DNA of 62,066 nt, filler included, from 5 parts of 5 records of this genome joined end to end with filler, not necessarily neighbours in it; one strand, 5' to 3'. Positions 20,543 through 31,227 are shown, counted from the first letter of the whole stretch. Made by a program: numbers and translations. The notes: generated by a model not told the origin, from the sequence alone.

Positions 20543-21676
20543 ATGAATATTGAGACTTTGAAAGCTGATATTGAAGTGTACTACGACGAAGTGCTTAACA
20601 ATGGCTTTGCTCGAGACGTGCAAGATTACCAAACCAGTATTGATAGCCAAAGTAGTAATATTCTTGCACTGCGCGATGTTGCAGGCAAGGTGTTAAACGC
20701 TTTGAATGACATTGTTAATGGGGACTTACCTGAAAGCTTGAGTAGAATGCTACCGGCCGGGAAATACAAACCCTTTACTGGAGCGGAATTTGAGTCTGAG
20801 TTGTCTGAACTTATTGATGACAAGATTATTTCGCAGGATCAGTTCTTTTCGGAACTGCAGAATATTTTACAAAGGCTAAACCAATCCATAAGTTCAAATC
20901 AGGCCCGTGTTTTTGAAATCGAAAAATTCATAAAACCATTTTTAGAAACCATCGTGGAAAAAGAAATTTACGAGGATGAAGCTCACGCTTCTATCGTATT
21001 TAAAGATATTGATTCAACTACAAGTTTAAAGCATTTTTCGAGGATATTGCATCTGTGGAATCGCACATTACCGATGTATTATGGGTTACTGAAAAGTGAT
21101 TCTGCGAAAGATGTTGAAATAGTAACTGTTCAAAATGGATCTATCGATCTTCTCGTTAATTTGAACATCGACTTTGCAATCAATCTAGCAGAGGTTATGG
21201 AAATAGGCTTTAAAGTTCTCGGCGCCTATCTTAGCTATAAAAAACTAATACTTCCAATTACTCAATCCTATCGCGGTAACGAGAAATTGGTCGCGTCGGA
21301 AGATCAGCGCGAAAAAGATTTGCTTGAAAATGTTGGTTTGGCAATGAAGTCTGCGATCTCTAAACAACACACAGAAGCGCGAAAGAAAAATAAAGAAATT
21401 AGAGCCAATCAGACCAAAGTTGTTGCGGAAGTTGCGAAGCTATTAGCTGCACATGTAATCAAGGGTAATGACTTTAAATTATTGACGTTTGTTGATGAAG
21501 AACTCGAAGGCGTTGATGTTGAAGAAGTTCAAGAAAGTAAAATGAAAGTTTTAAGCAATAACCTGAATAGTGCTTCTAGAGATACAAGAGCTATGTTGAA
21601 GAGCTTACCGGAAGAAGAAAAAACAAAATTACTTGAGCATTACGCCGACCCAAAAGATCCGAAGGGTGACGATTAA
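20543..21676 (+). CDS. hypothetical protein (AT-rich, probably acquired)
   Basis: 377-aa ORF with AGGGA RBS; visibly AT-richer than serS/surE; helical and charged; no motif recognised. Confidence 0.8.
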   Translation: MNIETLKADIEVYYDEVLNNGFARDVQDYQTSIDSQSSNILALRDVAGKVLNALNDIVNGDLPESLSRMLPAGKYKPFTGAEFESELSELIDDKIISQDQFFSELQNILQRLNQSISSNQARVFEIEKFIKPFLETIVEKEIYEDEAHASIVFKDIDSTTSLKHFSRILHLWNRTLPMYYGLLKSDSAKDVEIVTVQNGSIDLLVNLNIDFAINLAEVMEIGFKVLGAYLSYKKLILPITQSYRGNEKLVASEDQREKDLLENVGLAMKSAISKQHTEARKKNKEIRANQTKVVAEVAKLLAAHVIKGNDFKLLTFVDEELEGVDVEEVQESKMKVLSNNLNSASRDTRAMLKSLPEEEKTKLLEHYADPKDPKGDD

Positions 21677-22034
21677 TATCTGGCATCTAGGGACAGTATA
21701 TATTTGACTGCTTTTAGAGGGTTGCACGGATATCTTAAATACATTACCGCAGCTCTTATTGCGAAGCCTCGAGTATGTCGTAAAGCCGCTGCGAGAGGAG
21801 GATAACGCCTTCGGCACCCTGCAGCTTTTCATGAGCACCGGCCACGGCGCGGGTGAGGTGGCTTTTTAATCCGCTTCTTGTATTGTGGTGAAAGCGCGAA
21901 ATATTTGCTCTTTCGTCAGGTCTGGCGCGTAGCTTTTCAGGCGCATTTACCGTTCAGGCGAATTTACCAGTCTATTTCCTTTTTACCTGTGCATAGGCTA
22001 CTGTGCCTGTTCACCCCAAAAAAAGGAAAGCCCG

Positions 22035-22274
22035 ATGAGCAAAGCCAGAGCCCGTGAGCGCAAGAAAAAGAGATTGGCTGCACAGCACGCAGCGAAGGCA
22101 GCACCAGTGCAGGCGCATGAGGCCGGGGAAGACGCTATTCCCGCCGAGCTGGCGATGCAACAGCATAAGCCGGGCAAGTTTGATGCGAAATTAAATACGG
22201 GTGGCAAGAACGCTGGCGGCAAAAATATTCCCAACCTTGCGGCTTCCAGCCGGGGCGCTGCGCGTTCAGGCTAG
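22035..22274 (+). CDS. small basic hypothetical protein
   Basis: 79 aa; AAGGAAAG RBS; Lys/Arg-rich N-terminus. Confidence 0.65.
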   Translation: MSKARARERKKKRLAAQHAAKAAPVQAHEAGEDAIPAELAMQQHKPGKFDAKLNTGGKNAGGKNIPNLAASSRGAARSG

Positions 22275-22313
22275 GGCGCGGCGTGTGCCTTGTGTATGAG
22301 AGTGTAATCGTTC

Positions 22314-22460
22314 CTAAAATTTCTGGGCCTGCACGATGTAAGCGCCGATTTCTTCTTCGCCTACGGCTTTGCAGGCCTCCACCCGATTAACGCCGGAAAG
22401 TAACACAAGCCGGCCCTTGCCTTTGCGCACTTTAATGGGTTTCTGCGGGTTGCCTTCCAG
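22314..22460 (-). CDS. ParB N-terminal/sulfiredoxin-like domain small protein, 3' part (5' end lost in gap)
   Basis: Hand translation LEGNPQKPIKVRKGKGRLVLLSGVNRVEACKAVGEEEIGAYIVQAQKF*; fits the ParBc pattern PIxV...GxxRxxA..LG; absent from the ORF track. Confidence 0.7.
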   Translation of the reverse strand: MEGNPQKPIKVRKGKGRLVLLSGVNRVEACKAVGEEEIGAYIVQAQKF

Positions 22461-22461
22461 C

Positions 22462-22561
22462 NNNNNNNNNNNNNNNNNNNNNNNNNNNNNNNNNNNNNNN
22501 NNNNNTTAATTAATTAANNNNNNNNNNNNNNNNNNNNNNNNNNNNNNNNNNNNNNNNNNNN
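22462..22561. other. artificial contig-joining spacer
   Basis: N-run with TTAATTAATTAA (six-frame stop linker) at 22506-22517. Confidence 0.99.
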
Positions 22562-22903
22562 GATGGCAATGATCGGCGCGTCGGCCGCATCGGCGAATAA
22601 ATCGATGTCGCCGCGAATCCGGGCGCCCCTGGCCGCCGCACCGGCAATCGCCGGCTCTGCAATACTGATTCCCGGGCTGACTACCAGCTCATTGAAACCG
22701 GCAAACAGGTCCTCACCAAACTCGCCCAGGTAAACCGGGACGTCTGGCCAACCGGCCTTCAGCTCATCCAGGCCTGGTGGCTGAAGGCGACTATCAGCCA
22801 CAGCAATCTCACGCCCCTGCCCGGACAGGTAACGCACGCAGGAAAGCCCGGTCTTACCGAGCCCTACGATTAACGCGCGACGATCCGAAACAATGACACT
22901 CAT
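22562..22903 (-). CDS. murD: UDP-MurNAc-L-Ala--D-Glu ligase, 5' part
   Basis: IVGLGKTGLS and VVSPGI; follows mraY; truncated by gap. Confidence 0.93.
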
Positions 22904-22918
22904 AGCCGTAGCAATTTC

Positions 22919-24004
22919 CTATCGGATTTTCAGACTGGCCAGGCCAATCAGAACGAGAACAACAGTGATAACCCAGAACCGGACAATGACTCGTGGCTCG
23001 GGCCAGCCTTTCAATTCAAAATGATGGTGCAGCGGCGCCATCCGGAAGATCCGCCGACCCGTGAGCCGGAATGAGGCCACCTGCAGAATCACAGAAATGG
23101 TTTCCATCACGAACACGCCGCCCATGATGAACAACACAATTTCCTGCCGTACGATGACGGCCACTGTGCCCAGGGCGGCTCCCAGGGCAAGGGCACCGAC
23201 ATCGCCCATGAATACCTGAGCCGGGTAAGTGTTGAACCACAGGAACCCGAGACCTGCACCCACCAAGGCTCCGCAGAAAATGATCAGCTCACCGGTTCCG
23301 GGCAGATGTGGAATCAGCAGGTAATTTGCGAACTGGGCATGGCCCGAGAGGTAAGCAAAGATGGCCAGAGCTCCCGCCACCATGACGGTTGGCATGATGG
23401 CCAGACCATCCAGACCGTCTGTCAGGTTTACCGCGTTACTGCTGCCGACAATCACGAAGTAGGTCAGCAGAATGAACAGCACCGGTCCCAGGGTCAGCGA
23501 GACATTTTTCAGGAACGGCAAATAAAGCGAGGTTTCCTGGGCCATTGAAGCAGTTACATAAAGCACGATCGCGGCCGTGGCCCCGATCACCGACTGCCAG
23601 AAGTATTTCCAGCGTGCCGGCAGGCCCCGGGGGTTGCGCTCCACAACCTTGCGGTAGTCATCCACCCAGCCAATGGCACCGAACAGCAGGGTAACCAGCA
23701 ACACCACCCAGACATAACGATTGGTCAGATCCGCCCACAGCAAGGTGGAAATGGCGATGGCCACCAGAATCAGGGCGCCGCCCATCGTCGGAGTACCAGC
23801 CTTGCTCAGGTGAGTCTGGGGGCCGTCATCACGCACGGCCTGGCCGATCTGGTACTGACTCAGCTTGCGAATCATCACCGGACCGATCACCAGCGAGATC
23901 AGCAGCGCCGTAAGAATGCCCAGAATCGCCCGCAGTGTCAGATACTGAAACACCGTCAGCGACGAAAAGTATTGCGATAGTATCTCTGTCAGCCAGAGCA
24001 GCAT
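22919..24004 (-). CDS. mraY: phospho-MurNAc-pentapeptide transferase
   Basis: [27 protein letters not shown] and [10 protein letters not shown]. Confidence 0.98.
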   Translation of the reverse strand: MLLWLTEILSQYFSSLTVFQYLTLRAILGILTALLISLVIGPVMIRKLSQYQIGQAVRDDGPQTHLSKAGTPTMGGALILVAIAISTLLWADLTNRYVWVVLLVTLLFGAIGWVDDYRKVVERNPRGLPARWKYFWQSVIGATAAIVLYVTASMAQETSLYLPFLKNVSLTLGPVLFILLTYFVIVGSSNAVNLTDGLDGLAIMPTVMVAGALAIFAYLSGHAQFANYLLIPHLPGTGELIIFCGALVGAGLGFLWFNTYPAQVFMGDVGALALGAALGTVAVIVRQEIVLFIMGGVFVMETISVILQVASFRLTGRRIFRMAPLHHHFELKGWPEPRVIVRFWVITVVLVLIGLASLKIR

Positions 24005-25386
24005 GGGTTCTTCACCTTTTTCTGAATTCCCTCCACCACGCGATCCATGGCGGAACTACGAGAACCTTTCACCAGGACCGTCATAGCACCATTCCGGTCC
24101 GCCACAATGGCGCTCACCGCCTGCTCATGACTCGGGAAAAACTCTGTCTCGTCACCAAATCCGGTGCCGTAGCCGTTACCCCCGGCTCCCACCACCATAA
24201 GCTTCTCGATTCCTCGGGCACGGGCATGTTCACCCACCTGCCGGTGCAACTCGTGCGCCTCATCGCCCAGCTCTGCCATGGCGCCGAGTACCGCCACCCG
24301 GGGCGCCGGGCACGACGCCAGCACATCCAGCGCCGCCTTCATGGATGCCGGATTGGCATTGTAACTGTCGTCAATCAGGGTCAGATCCGGGGCCGGCTTG
24401 AGCACCTGGAGACGCCCCTTCACCGCTTGCACCTGCATGAGCCCGGACTGAACCTGCTGATCCGTCGCTCCCAGTTCCCTGCAGGCCGCGAGAGCCAGCA
24501 GAGCATTGGTGATGTTGTGTTCACCGGGCAACCCCAGCACCAGATGACAGCGCCAGCTGTCTGGCCCCAGCACCAGGAATTCAAACCCCTGGTCAGTGGC
24601 CATGATCGCCTCCGCGCGGTAATCCGCGGCCGGGTGACCCATCCGGGAAACACCCAGCACCCGCCGTTGGCCCGCACGGGCATGCCACTGATCGAAGGCG
24701 GGATCGTCCCGGTTCAGCACGACGGCTCCATCTGCCGGCACGCCATCAATAATCTCGCCTTTGGCCAGAACAATATTCTGGTAACTGCCAAAACCCTCCA
24801 GGTGCGCCTGACCTGCATTGGTCAGAATCGCAACCTGCGGCCGGGTAATTGACACCGTGTGGGCAATTTCGCCAAGACCACTGGCCCCCAGCTCGATGGC
24901 ACCGAACTGGTGATCCGGCGTCAGCCGAAACAGGGTCAGCGGAACACCAATGTGATTATTGAGATTACCTTCAGTCACCAAGGTCGGCCCCATGCCGGCG
25001 AGAATGGCCCCGGTCATTTCACGAACCGTGGTTTTGCCACTGCTGCCGGTAATCGCCACCAGCCGGGCCGCGCTTTCGCTGCGATTGCCGCTGGCCAGAT
25101 CGGCCAATGCCTGAACCGTATCGCTAACGACCAGTTGCGGAATGGCAACATCGGTGATCTCGGTGTCCACTACTGCGGCGACTGCGCCCTGTTTCAGGGC
25201 CTGGCCAAGGAATTCATGACCATCAAACCGCTCACCGCGCAGAGCAACAAACAGCTGCCCATCTCCAACCGATCGGGTATCGGTGGAGACGCCATCAAAC
25301 CAGAGTTCACCCGCATCAGTGCGCGCTCCTGCCAGGGTTGCCTGAAGCCACTCGCGAGCTTCCGCCAGCGAAAAGGCGCGCATCAT
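23989..25386 (-). CDS. murF: UDP-MurNAc-tripeptide--D-Ala-D-Ala ligase
   Basis: [23 protein letters not shown] and VKGSR. Confidence 0.97.
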   Translation of the reverse strand: MMRAFSLAEAREWLQATLAGARTDAGELWFDGVSTDTRSVGDGQLFVALRGERFDGHEFLGQALKQGAVAAVVDTEITDVAIPQLVVSDTVQALADLASGNRSESAARLVAITGSSGKTTVREMTGAILAGMGPTLVTEGNLNNHIGVPLTLFRLTPDHQFGAIELGASGLGEIAHTVSITRPQVAILTNAGQAHLEGFGSYQNIVLAKGEIIDGVPADGAVVLNRDDPAFDQWHARAGQRRVLGVSRMGHPAADYRAEAIMATDQGFEFLVLGPDSWRCHLVLGLPGEHNITNALLALAACRELGATDQQVQSGLMQVQAVKGRLQVLKPAPDLTLIDDSYNANPASMKAALDVLASCPAPRVAVLGAMAELGDEAHELHRQVGEHARARGIEKLMVVGAGGNGYGTGFGDETEFFPSHEQAVSAIVADRNGAMTVLVKGSRSSAMDRVVEGIQKKVKNPCCSG

Positions 25387-26867
25387 GCCACACCTCCATT
25401 CAGGTTCAATAGATGGCGTACCTGCTCGGCGTCGCTGAACGGCAACTTCTGGCCCCGGATCTCCTGATAGGCTTCATGACCTTTACCTGCAATCAGCACC
25501 AGATCATCCTCATTGGCCATACCCAATGCCTCGGCAATTGCCTGAGCGCGGTCGTGAATCACCTGCCAGCGACCAGCCTGAGTGAAACCAGCAGAAATGT
25601 CGCTGACAATCCGTTCAGGCTGCTCGGTACGCGGGTTGTCGTCGGTTACGATGACGTAATCCGCCCGCTTTTCCGCTTCTTTCGCCATTTCAGGCCGCTT
25701 GCCGGGGTCCCGGTCGCCACCGCAACCGAACACACAGATCAGCCTGCCCCGGGTGTGGGGCCGCAATGCTTCAAGGGCATTGGCCAGGGCATCAGGCGTG
25801 TGGGCGTAGTCCACCACCACATGTTTGCCGGTTGGGCCGGTGAATCGTTCAAGGCGCCCAGGGGGCGGTGACAGCTCCCTGACAACGGACACCGCCCGCT
25901 CAACCGGTACGCCAAGCGTCAGTACGGTAGCCAGGGCTGCCAGAACATTGCTGGCATTGAAACTCCCTAACAGGGGGACAGTAAGATCAAACTCGCCCCA
26001 TTGCCCATCGACCCTGGCACGGAACCCTGAGGCCGTGGGCGTAAATTCCTTCAACCAGAGTTCCGTCTGGGCTTCATGCAGACTGTAACGAACGCGGTCA
26101 CACTGGCCCTCAAGCTGACCGTAAAGCTGCCGGCCAAACGGATCGTCAAAATTGATCACTGAGAAGTGCAGTTCTTCCCGCAGGAACAGCCTGGCCTTGG
26201 CCTCACCATAGGCTTCCATGGAACCGTGGTAATCCAGGTGATCACGCGTGAGGTTGGTGAACACCGCACCGGTCATAGTCAGGTTATCAACCCGCCCCTG
26301 ATCCAGAGCGTGCGACGACACTTCCATTACTGCAGCCCGACCACCCTCATTGCGTATGCGGTTCAATACCCGGTTCACCTGGACCACATCCGGCGTGGTA
26401 TGCGTGGCCGACTCGATACTGCCCGGCATGCCATAACCCAGGGTACCCAGCAGCCCGCAGGACGTGCCGGTTTCCCGTAACAACTGGGAGATGTATTGGG
26501 TCACCGACGTCTTGCCATTGGTGCCGGTAACCCCGATCACTCTCAGATGGCGCGAGGGATGCTCGAAGAAGCGATCAGCAATTCGGCCCAGACGGGCACG
26601 CAGACCAACCACGGGCACAATCAACGCGCCGTGGCGCTCATGGCACTGCCGCTCCTGCTCGGACTCAAGCAGAATAGCCGTGGCACCGGCGCTGATGGCC
26701 TGATCCATATAGTGCTCTGCGGGCGTTCGTGCTCCGGCCAGAGCAATAAAGGCGTCACCGGGCAGCACTTTCCGGCTATCCGTCTTCAGGCCGTGGATAG
26801 TGACATCGAAGACCGATGGCACCTCAATAATGCCCTGAAGCAAGGTGCTGATGGATGTGATGCACAT
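25383..26867 (-). CDS. murE: UDP-MurNAc-L-Ala-D-Glu--meso-DAP ligase
   Basis: VTGTNGKTS, MEVSSH, DYAHTPDAL, DNPR (DAP specificity) and AGKGHE. Confidence 0.97.
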   Translation of the reverse strand: MCITSISTLLQGIIEVPSVFDVTIHGLKTDSRKVLPGDAFIALAGARTPAEHYMDQAISAGATAILLESEQERQCHERHGALIVPVVGLRARLGRIADRFFEHPSRHLRVIGVTGTNGKTSVTQYISQLLRETGTSCGLLGTLGYGMPGSIESATHTTPDVVQVNRVLNRIRNEGGRAAVMEVSSHALDQGRVDNLTMTGAVFTNLTRDHLDYHGSMEAYGEAKARLFLREELHFSVINFDDPFGRQLYGQLEGQCDRVRYSLHEAQTELWLKEFTPTASGFRARVDGQWGEFDLTVPLLGSFNASNVLAALATVLTLGVPVERAVSVVRELSPPPGRLERFTGPTGKHVVVDYAHTPDALANALEALRPHTRGRLICVFGCGGDRDPGKRPEMAKEAEKRADYVIVTDDNPRTEQPERIVSDISAGFTQAGRWQVIHDRAQAIAEALGMANEDDLVLIAGKGHEAYQEIRGQKLPFSDAEQVRHLLNLNGGVA

Positions 26868-26870
26868 GGC

Positions 26871-28613
26871 TTACCCTCTCCCCCCGGAAGTTACTTGCGA
26901 AACGCGTGTTTCACTGACTTCCAGTTCAGGCTTCACATTCAGCAGTCGCAGCGCGTCACCCATCACCCGGGCGAATACCGGCGCGGCAACTTCTCCACCG
27001 TAATATTCTCCGGCCTGCGGCGCATCCACGGCCACAACGGTTACAATTCTGGGGTCATCAATCGGTGCCATACCGGCAAAGATGGCCTTATATTGACTGT
27101 CTTCGTACCCGTTCGCTCCCACCAGGTGAACGGTCCCGGTTTTGCCTCCGGCCGCATACAGCCCGGGCTGGGCGCGCTTGCCAGTACCACGGGCAACCGC
27201 CTGTTTGAGCATGTCCCGAACGGCCCTTGTCACCTGCTCAGACAGTACACGTTGCCCCTGCGGCCTCTGCTCCTGCCTCATCAGGCTGAGGGGGTAACGA
27301 ATTCCACCATTGGCAATAACCATATACGCCTGTGCCAGTTGCAAGGCGTTAACGCTCATGCCGTAGCCATAAGACAAGGTGGACTCTTCTACCGGCCGCC
27401 ATTTCGGGGGGGCCGGCAAAACACCAACGGCTTCCCCAGGGAAGCCGATACCAGTTGCCTGGCCGAGGCCCAGGCGGGCATAGAGGTTTCTCAGAGTATC
27501 GCCACCCAGATCCGTTGCGATGTTGCTCACCCCGACGTTGCTGGACTTGACAATAATCTCCGTCAGATCCAGCACCCCGTAATTGCGATGATCCCGAATG
27601 GTGAAGCGACCAAACCTCCGAAAGCCCGGGGAAGTATCAATGGTGCTGTTAACCGTGTATTCCCCGGACTCCAGAGCAGCCGCTATCGTCAGCGGCTTCA
27701 TGGTTGAGCCGGGCTCGAACAGATCTGTAATGGCCTTGTTGCGCAGGTTTTCCGCGGCAAGCTGTGACCGGTCATTCGGGTTGTAGGAACCTTGATTGAC
27801 CATGGCCAGCACCTCACCGGTGTCGACATCCAGCATCACCAGCGTGCCACCGCGAGCCTTGTGAGCACCGACCACCGCCTTGAGCTCCCGATAGGCCAGA
27901 TACTGCAGCCGGAGATCAATACTCAGCTCCAGGTCTTTCCCGGGCCGGGCATCGCGGATAAGCATCAGATCTTTGATCACACGCCCACGGTTATCCTTGA
28001 GCACCCGCTTCTGGCCCGGCTCACCGGTCAACCATTTGTTATAGGCTAACTCGATACCTTCCTGGCCATGCTCGTCGATATCAGTAAACCCGACCACATG
28101 AGCGGTGACTTCTCCCGCGGGGTAATAACGACGATATTCCTGCCGGGCATAGATGCCACCGACACCCAGAGCCAGCGCTTCACGCGCCATTGAGGGCTGC
28201 ACTTTGCGGCGCAGGTAGATAAATTCGCGGCCAGCATACTGGCGCAATCGCTCCCGCAGCGCGCCCTCAGACAACCCAAGAATTCGGGCAAGAGCCGCCA
28301 GTTGCGGATCTTCGGGATCGGTTTCGGAAGGATTTGCCCACACGGTCTGAACTGGCGTACTGACGGCCAAAGGCTCGCCATGACGATCCGTCACCACGCC
28401 TCGATGGGCATCGATAGATTCAACGCGGATGGTTCTGACATCTCCCTGCTTGCGCAGGAAGTCATTATCCACCACATGAAGATCCACCAACCGCCATCCA
28501 ATGCCGGCCACAACCAGCAGGAAAACGCCCAGCACAGAGCCGAAGCGCCAGGCTTTCAAGCCTGCCACCAGCCTCTGCTTCCAGCTGTTTGCGTGCGTTC
28601 CCTGACCGGACAC
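26871..28613 (-). CDS. ftsI: peptidoglycan D,D-transpeptidase FtsI (PBP3)
   Basis: N-terminal TM; EPGSTMK (SxxK), SSN and KTGT motifs; dcw position. Confidence 0.96.
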   Translation of the reverse strand: MSGQGTHANSWKQRLVAGLKAWRFGSVLGVFLLVVAGIGWRLVDLHVVDNDFLRKQGDVRTIRVESIDAHRGVVTDRHGEPLAVSTPVQTVWANPSETDPEDPQLAALARILGLSEGALRERLRQYAGREFIYLRRKVQPSMAREALALGVGGIYARQEYRRYYPAGEVTAHVVGFTDIDEHGQEGIELAYNKWLTGEPGQKRVLKDNRGRVIKDLMLIRDARPGKDLELSIDLRLQYLAYRELKAVVGAHKARGGTLVMLDVDTGEVLAMVNQGSYNPNDRSQLAAENLRNKAITDLFEPGSTMKPLTIAAALESGEYTVNSTIDTSPGFRRFGRFTIRDHRNYGVLDLTEIIVKSSNVGVSNIATDLGGDTLRNLYARLGLGQATGIGFPGEAVGVLPAPPKWRPVEESTLSYGYGMSVNALQLAQAYMVIANGGIRYPLSLMRQEQRPQGQRVLSEQVTRAVRDMLKQAVARGTGKRAQPGLYAAGGKTGTVHLVGANGYEDSQYKAIFAGMAPIDDPRIVTVVAVDAPQAGEYYGGEVAAPVFARVMGDALRLLNVKPELEVSETRVSQVTSGGRG

Positions 28614-28643
28614 TTCAGTTACCCCGGATGGTTATTGTTGGTT

Positions 28644-29048
28644 TTAGTTCGCTGCCAGCGGTGACATCAAAGGCACGAGTACAATGTCCTGTCGCCCGGG
28701 CACCACCATGTTGAAGCGCTCAGCAGCGAGTTTCTCGACCCGCCCGTGAGCGCTCAAAGCACTCTGTTCCAGCAGCAACTGACTCCACTCACGCTGATAG
28801 GCATCGCGCTGCTCCTGCAGACCCGACAACGTATTGAACAGCTCGCGGTTCTCATGGGCACTGACCACTACCCCGATGGACGACAGCGTCAGTACCGCCA
28901 CCAACACCAGCGTCACCAGAACCCGGCTTTCCCGTGTTGCATCAAACACCTGACGGGACAAACGAACGGCTGTCGCAACACCCTCGCGAACCCGCTGTTT
29001 GTTTATCCTGTTGGTTTTTACTGGTTGCTCAATCGCTACCGCGCCCAT
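28644..29048 (-). CDS. ftsL: cell division protein FtsL
   Basis: One TM plus coiled coil EWSQLLLEQSAL...RVEKLA; between rsmH and ftsI. Confidence 0.9.
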   Translation of the reverse strand: MGAVAIEQPVKTNRINKQRVREGVATAVRLSRQVFDATRESRVLVTLVLVAVLTLSSIGVVVSAHENRELFNTLSGLQEQRDAYQREWSQLLLEQSALSAHGRVEKLAAERFNMVVPGRQDIVLVPLMSPLAAN

Positions 29049-29074
29049 GGCGTCGCGCTCCCCTGCGTTTTCGA

Positions 29075-30034
29075 TTAATTCGCTTTACGTTCAAGCACTC
29101 GCATGACCGCGCTGCGAGCCCTGACGTTTTCAGTAATTTCCTGCTCATTGGCCTTGCTGGCTTTGCCAATCAGCTGGAACCCGGATTCTTCCTGCTCCGC
29201 CGTGACCGGTATCCCCTTCGGCAGCTTTGGCCCCCGCGCCAGATCACGCATAAAGCGCTTGACCAGACGATCCTCAAGAGAGTGAAAGCTGATCACCACC
29301 AGGCGCCCACCGGGAGCCAGGCGATCAACTGCCGCGGCCAGACCGGCTTCCAGGTCCTCGAGCTCCCGGTTGATAAAAATCCGGATAGCCTGAAAAGCCC
29401 TGGTGGCGGGGTGCTTGTGCTTCTCTTTCTTCGGCACGGCCTCCGCAACCAACTCCGCCAGCTGCCGCGTGGTTTCAATCGGCTGCTCCTGACGCCGCTC
29501 CACGACAAGACGAGCGATACGGCGAGAAAACCGCTCCTCGCCGTATCGCCAGATCACATCTGCGATTTCCCGCTCATCAGCCTCGGCCAGCCACTGGGCA
29601 GCACTCGGCTCCTGCTGCGGGTTCATTCGCATATCCAATGGACCCTCCCGCATGAACGAAAAACCGCGGGAAGCATCATCCAGTTGTGGCGACGACACCC
29701 CCAGATCCATCAACACGCCATCAACCTGTGACCAACCCTGCCGTTCAAGCGCAAGATCCAGTTCGGCAAACGAGCCGTGGTACCACTGAAACCGGGAATC
29801 CCCAGATGCCAGCTCTCCGGCGACGGCAATAGCCTCCGGATCCTTATCAATGCCCAGGAGCTGACCATCCTGACCGAGCTTGCCGAGAATCAGACGACTA
29901 TGACCGCCCCGGCCAAACGTGGCGTCGACATAACGGCCATTTTCATCTGTAACCAGATAGTCGACCGCTGCATCCAGCAGTACCGAGCGATGCTGATAGC
30001 CTTCATTGGCCTGATCGTCCTGGCGTGCGGTCAT
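29075..30034 (-). CDS. rsmH: 16S rRNA m4C1402 methyltransferase
   Basis: [29 protein letters not shown] and ISFHSLEDR. Confidence 0.98.
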   Translation of the reverse strand: MTARQDDQANEGYQHRSVLLDAAVDYLVTDENGRYVDATFGRGGHSRLILGKLGQDGQLLGIDKDPEAIAVAGELASGDSRFQWYHGSFAELDLALERQGWSQVDGVLMDLGVSSPQLDDASRGFSFMREGPLDMRMNPQQEPSAAQWLAEADEREIADVIWRYGEERFSRRIARLVVERRQEQPIETTRQLAELVAEAVPKKEKHKHPATRAFQAIRIFINRELEDLEAGLAAAVDRLAPGGRLVVISFHSLEDRLVKRFMRDLARGPKLPKGIPVTAEQEESGFQLIGKASKANEQEITENVRARSAVMRVLERKAN

Positions 30035-30483
30035 AGCGACAGCGCCTCCATTTCCGGCGGCATTTCCTCGTCGGCTGCGGAGGCATCAAGGTAAGCATTC
30101 CAGCTTTCCTCACTCCACAGCTCATACTTCTTGCCAAGCCCGACCAACATCAGCCGTTTTTCAAGATTGGCGTGATTTCTGAGGGTCTGCGGTACCAGAA
30201 TCCGGCCGGACGCATCCAGCTCCATGAGGGCAGCATTACCCAGAATGAGGCGCTGCAGGCGCTTGGCCGCCTTGTTCATGTTGGGCAGCGCCTCGATTTT
30301 CGGGCGCAGCACTTCCCATTCCGGCTCGGGGTAGAGCAACAAGCACTTCTCCTCATCGGCGTTGGCTGTCAATACAATACGGCCACCGCAAAGCTGCGCG
30401 AGCTCTTCACGCACCTTTGTCGGGATCGCCAGGCGACCCTTCGCGTCCATATTGATGGCATGACTGCCAAGAAAATTGCTCAT
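30031..30483 (-). CDS. mraZ: division/cell wall cluster repressor MraZ
   Basis: DAKGRLAIP and [10 protein letters not shown] repeats; first gene of the dcw cluster. Confidence 0.97.
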   Translation of the reverse strand: MSNFLGSHAINMDAKGRLAIPTKVREELAQLCGGRIVLTANADEEKCLLLYPEPEWEVLRPKIEALPNMNKAAKRLQRLILGNAALMELDASGRILVPQTLRNHANLEKRLMLVGLGKKYELWSEESWNAYLDASAADEEMPPEMEALSL

Positions 30484-30509
30484 TAACGTCTAGTCCGAGG
30501 TTTTCATTT

Positions 30510-30553
30510 CCACAAAATTCCACCAAAAACCACTTTTTCCCACTCCCGCACAC
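30510..30553 (-). promoter_or_regulatory. MraZ operator: GTGG direct repeats at 10-bp period
   Basis: CCAC at 30510, 30520, 30530 and 30540, degenerate ACAC at 30550; matches the known MraZ GTGG-type direct repeats. Confidence 0.85.
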
Positions 30554-30580
30554 TATAGAAACACGCAAATAACAATGCAA
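30552..30580 (-). promoter_or_regulatory. sigma70 promoter of the dcw operon
   Basis: TTGCAT-N17-TATAGT on the minus strand, immediately upstream of the MraZ boxes. Confidence 0.7.
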
Positions 30581-30794
30581 GCGCCGCGACAGGCACCACA
30601 CACAGGAAAGTTCCTTTAACGACAAGAGGTTACAAAGCAGAAACGGAACGAAGCGTTAAAAAGACGTAAAGAAAAGGATAAAAAACAAATACCTGCAGAC
30701 ACCTTTAGATAGCCAACTTCAGGTTTAAGATTTTTTGGCTATAAAAGGTAACTTGTGAGAAGGATGCAGATCACATCCGAATAATCAGGAAAAG

Positions 30795-30995
30795 AGGCGA
30801 GCTCGCCGATAAGCCGGGTTCTGTCTTGGACAGTCATTCATCTAGGGTCTGCGTCACCACAGACCTCAAGCAACCTACCCGAATCCAGCGCGGGCCACGC
30901 CATTGGATTCCTATTTGGTCTTGCTCCAGGTGGGGTTTACCATCGCCGTGGACTGTTACCAGCCACGCGGTGCGCTCTTACCGCACCATTTCAAC
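30795..30995 (-). ncRNA. rnpB: RNase P RNA (class A), 3' part
   Basis: Minus strand contains GGTAAACCCCACCTGGAGCAAG, CCTAGATGAATGACTGTC and terminal ACAGAACCCGGCTTATCGG; upstream of mraZ; 5' end lost in gap. Confidence 0.96.
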
Positions 30996-31095
30996 NNNNN
31001 NNNNNNNNNNNNNNNNNNNNNNNNNNNNNNNNNNNNNNNTTAATTAATTAANNNNNNNNNNNNNNNNNNNNNNNNNNNNNNNNNNNNNNNNNNNN
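30996..31095. other. artificial contig-joining spacer
   Basis: N-run with TTAATTAATTAA at 31040-31051. Confidence 0.99.
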
Positions 31096-31167
31096 GGTTG
31101 GATGGTGGGGGCGGGGGAATTCCCTATTTATAGGCCCGCTCTGCGTCCCGCCGAATTTATTTCGGTA

Positions 31168-31227
31168 TGGATCGGCTGTTTGGAGCAGTTTTTTGGATCG
31201 GCTGTTTGGAGCAGCTTTTTGGATCGG
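31168..31227 (+). repeat. 26-bp tandem repeat (2 copies plus a partial third)
   Basis: GGATCGGCTGTTTGGAGCAG(T/C)TTTTT at 31169 and 31195; GGATCGG again at 31221. Confidence 0.9.

Noticed and set aside
23935-29731. Long plus-strand ORFs (305, 403, 265 aa and others) opposite the dcw genes
   Set aside because: Antisense shadows of GC-rich essential genes; no recognisable motifs.
31168-31227. CRISPR array
   Set aside because: Units abut with no unique spacers, and there are no cas genes.
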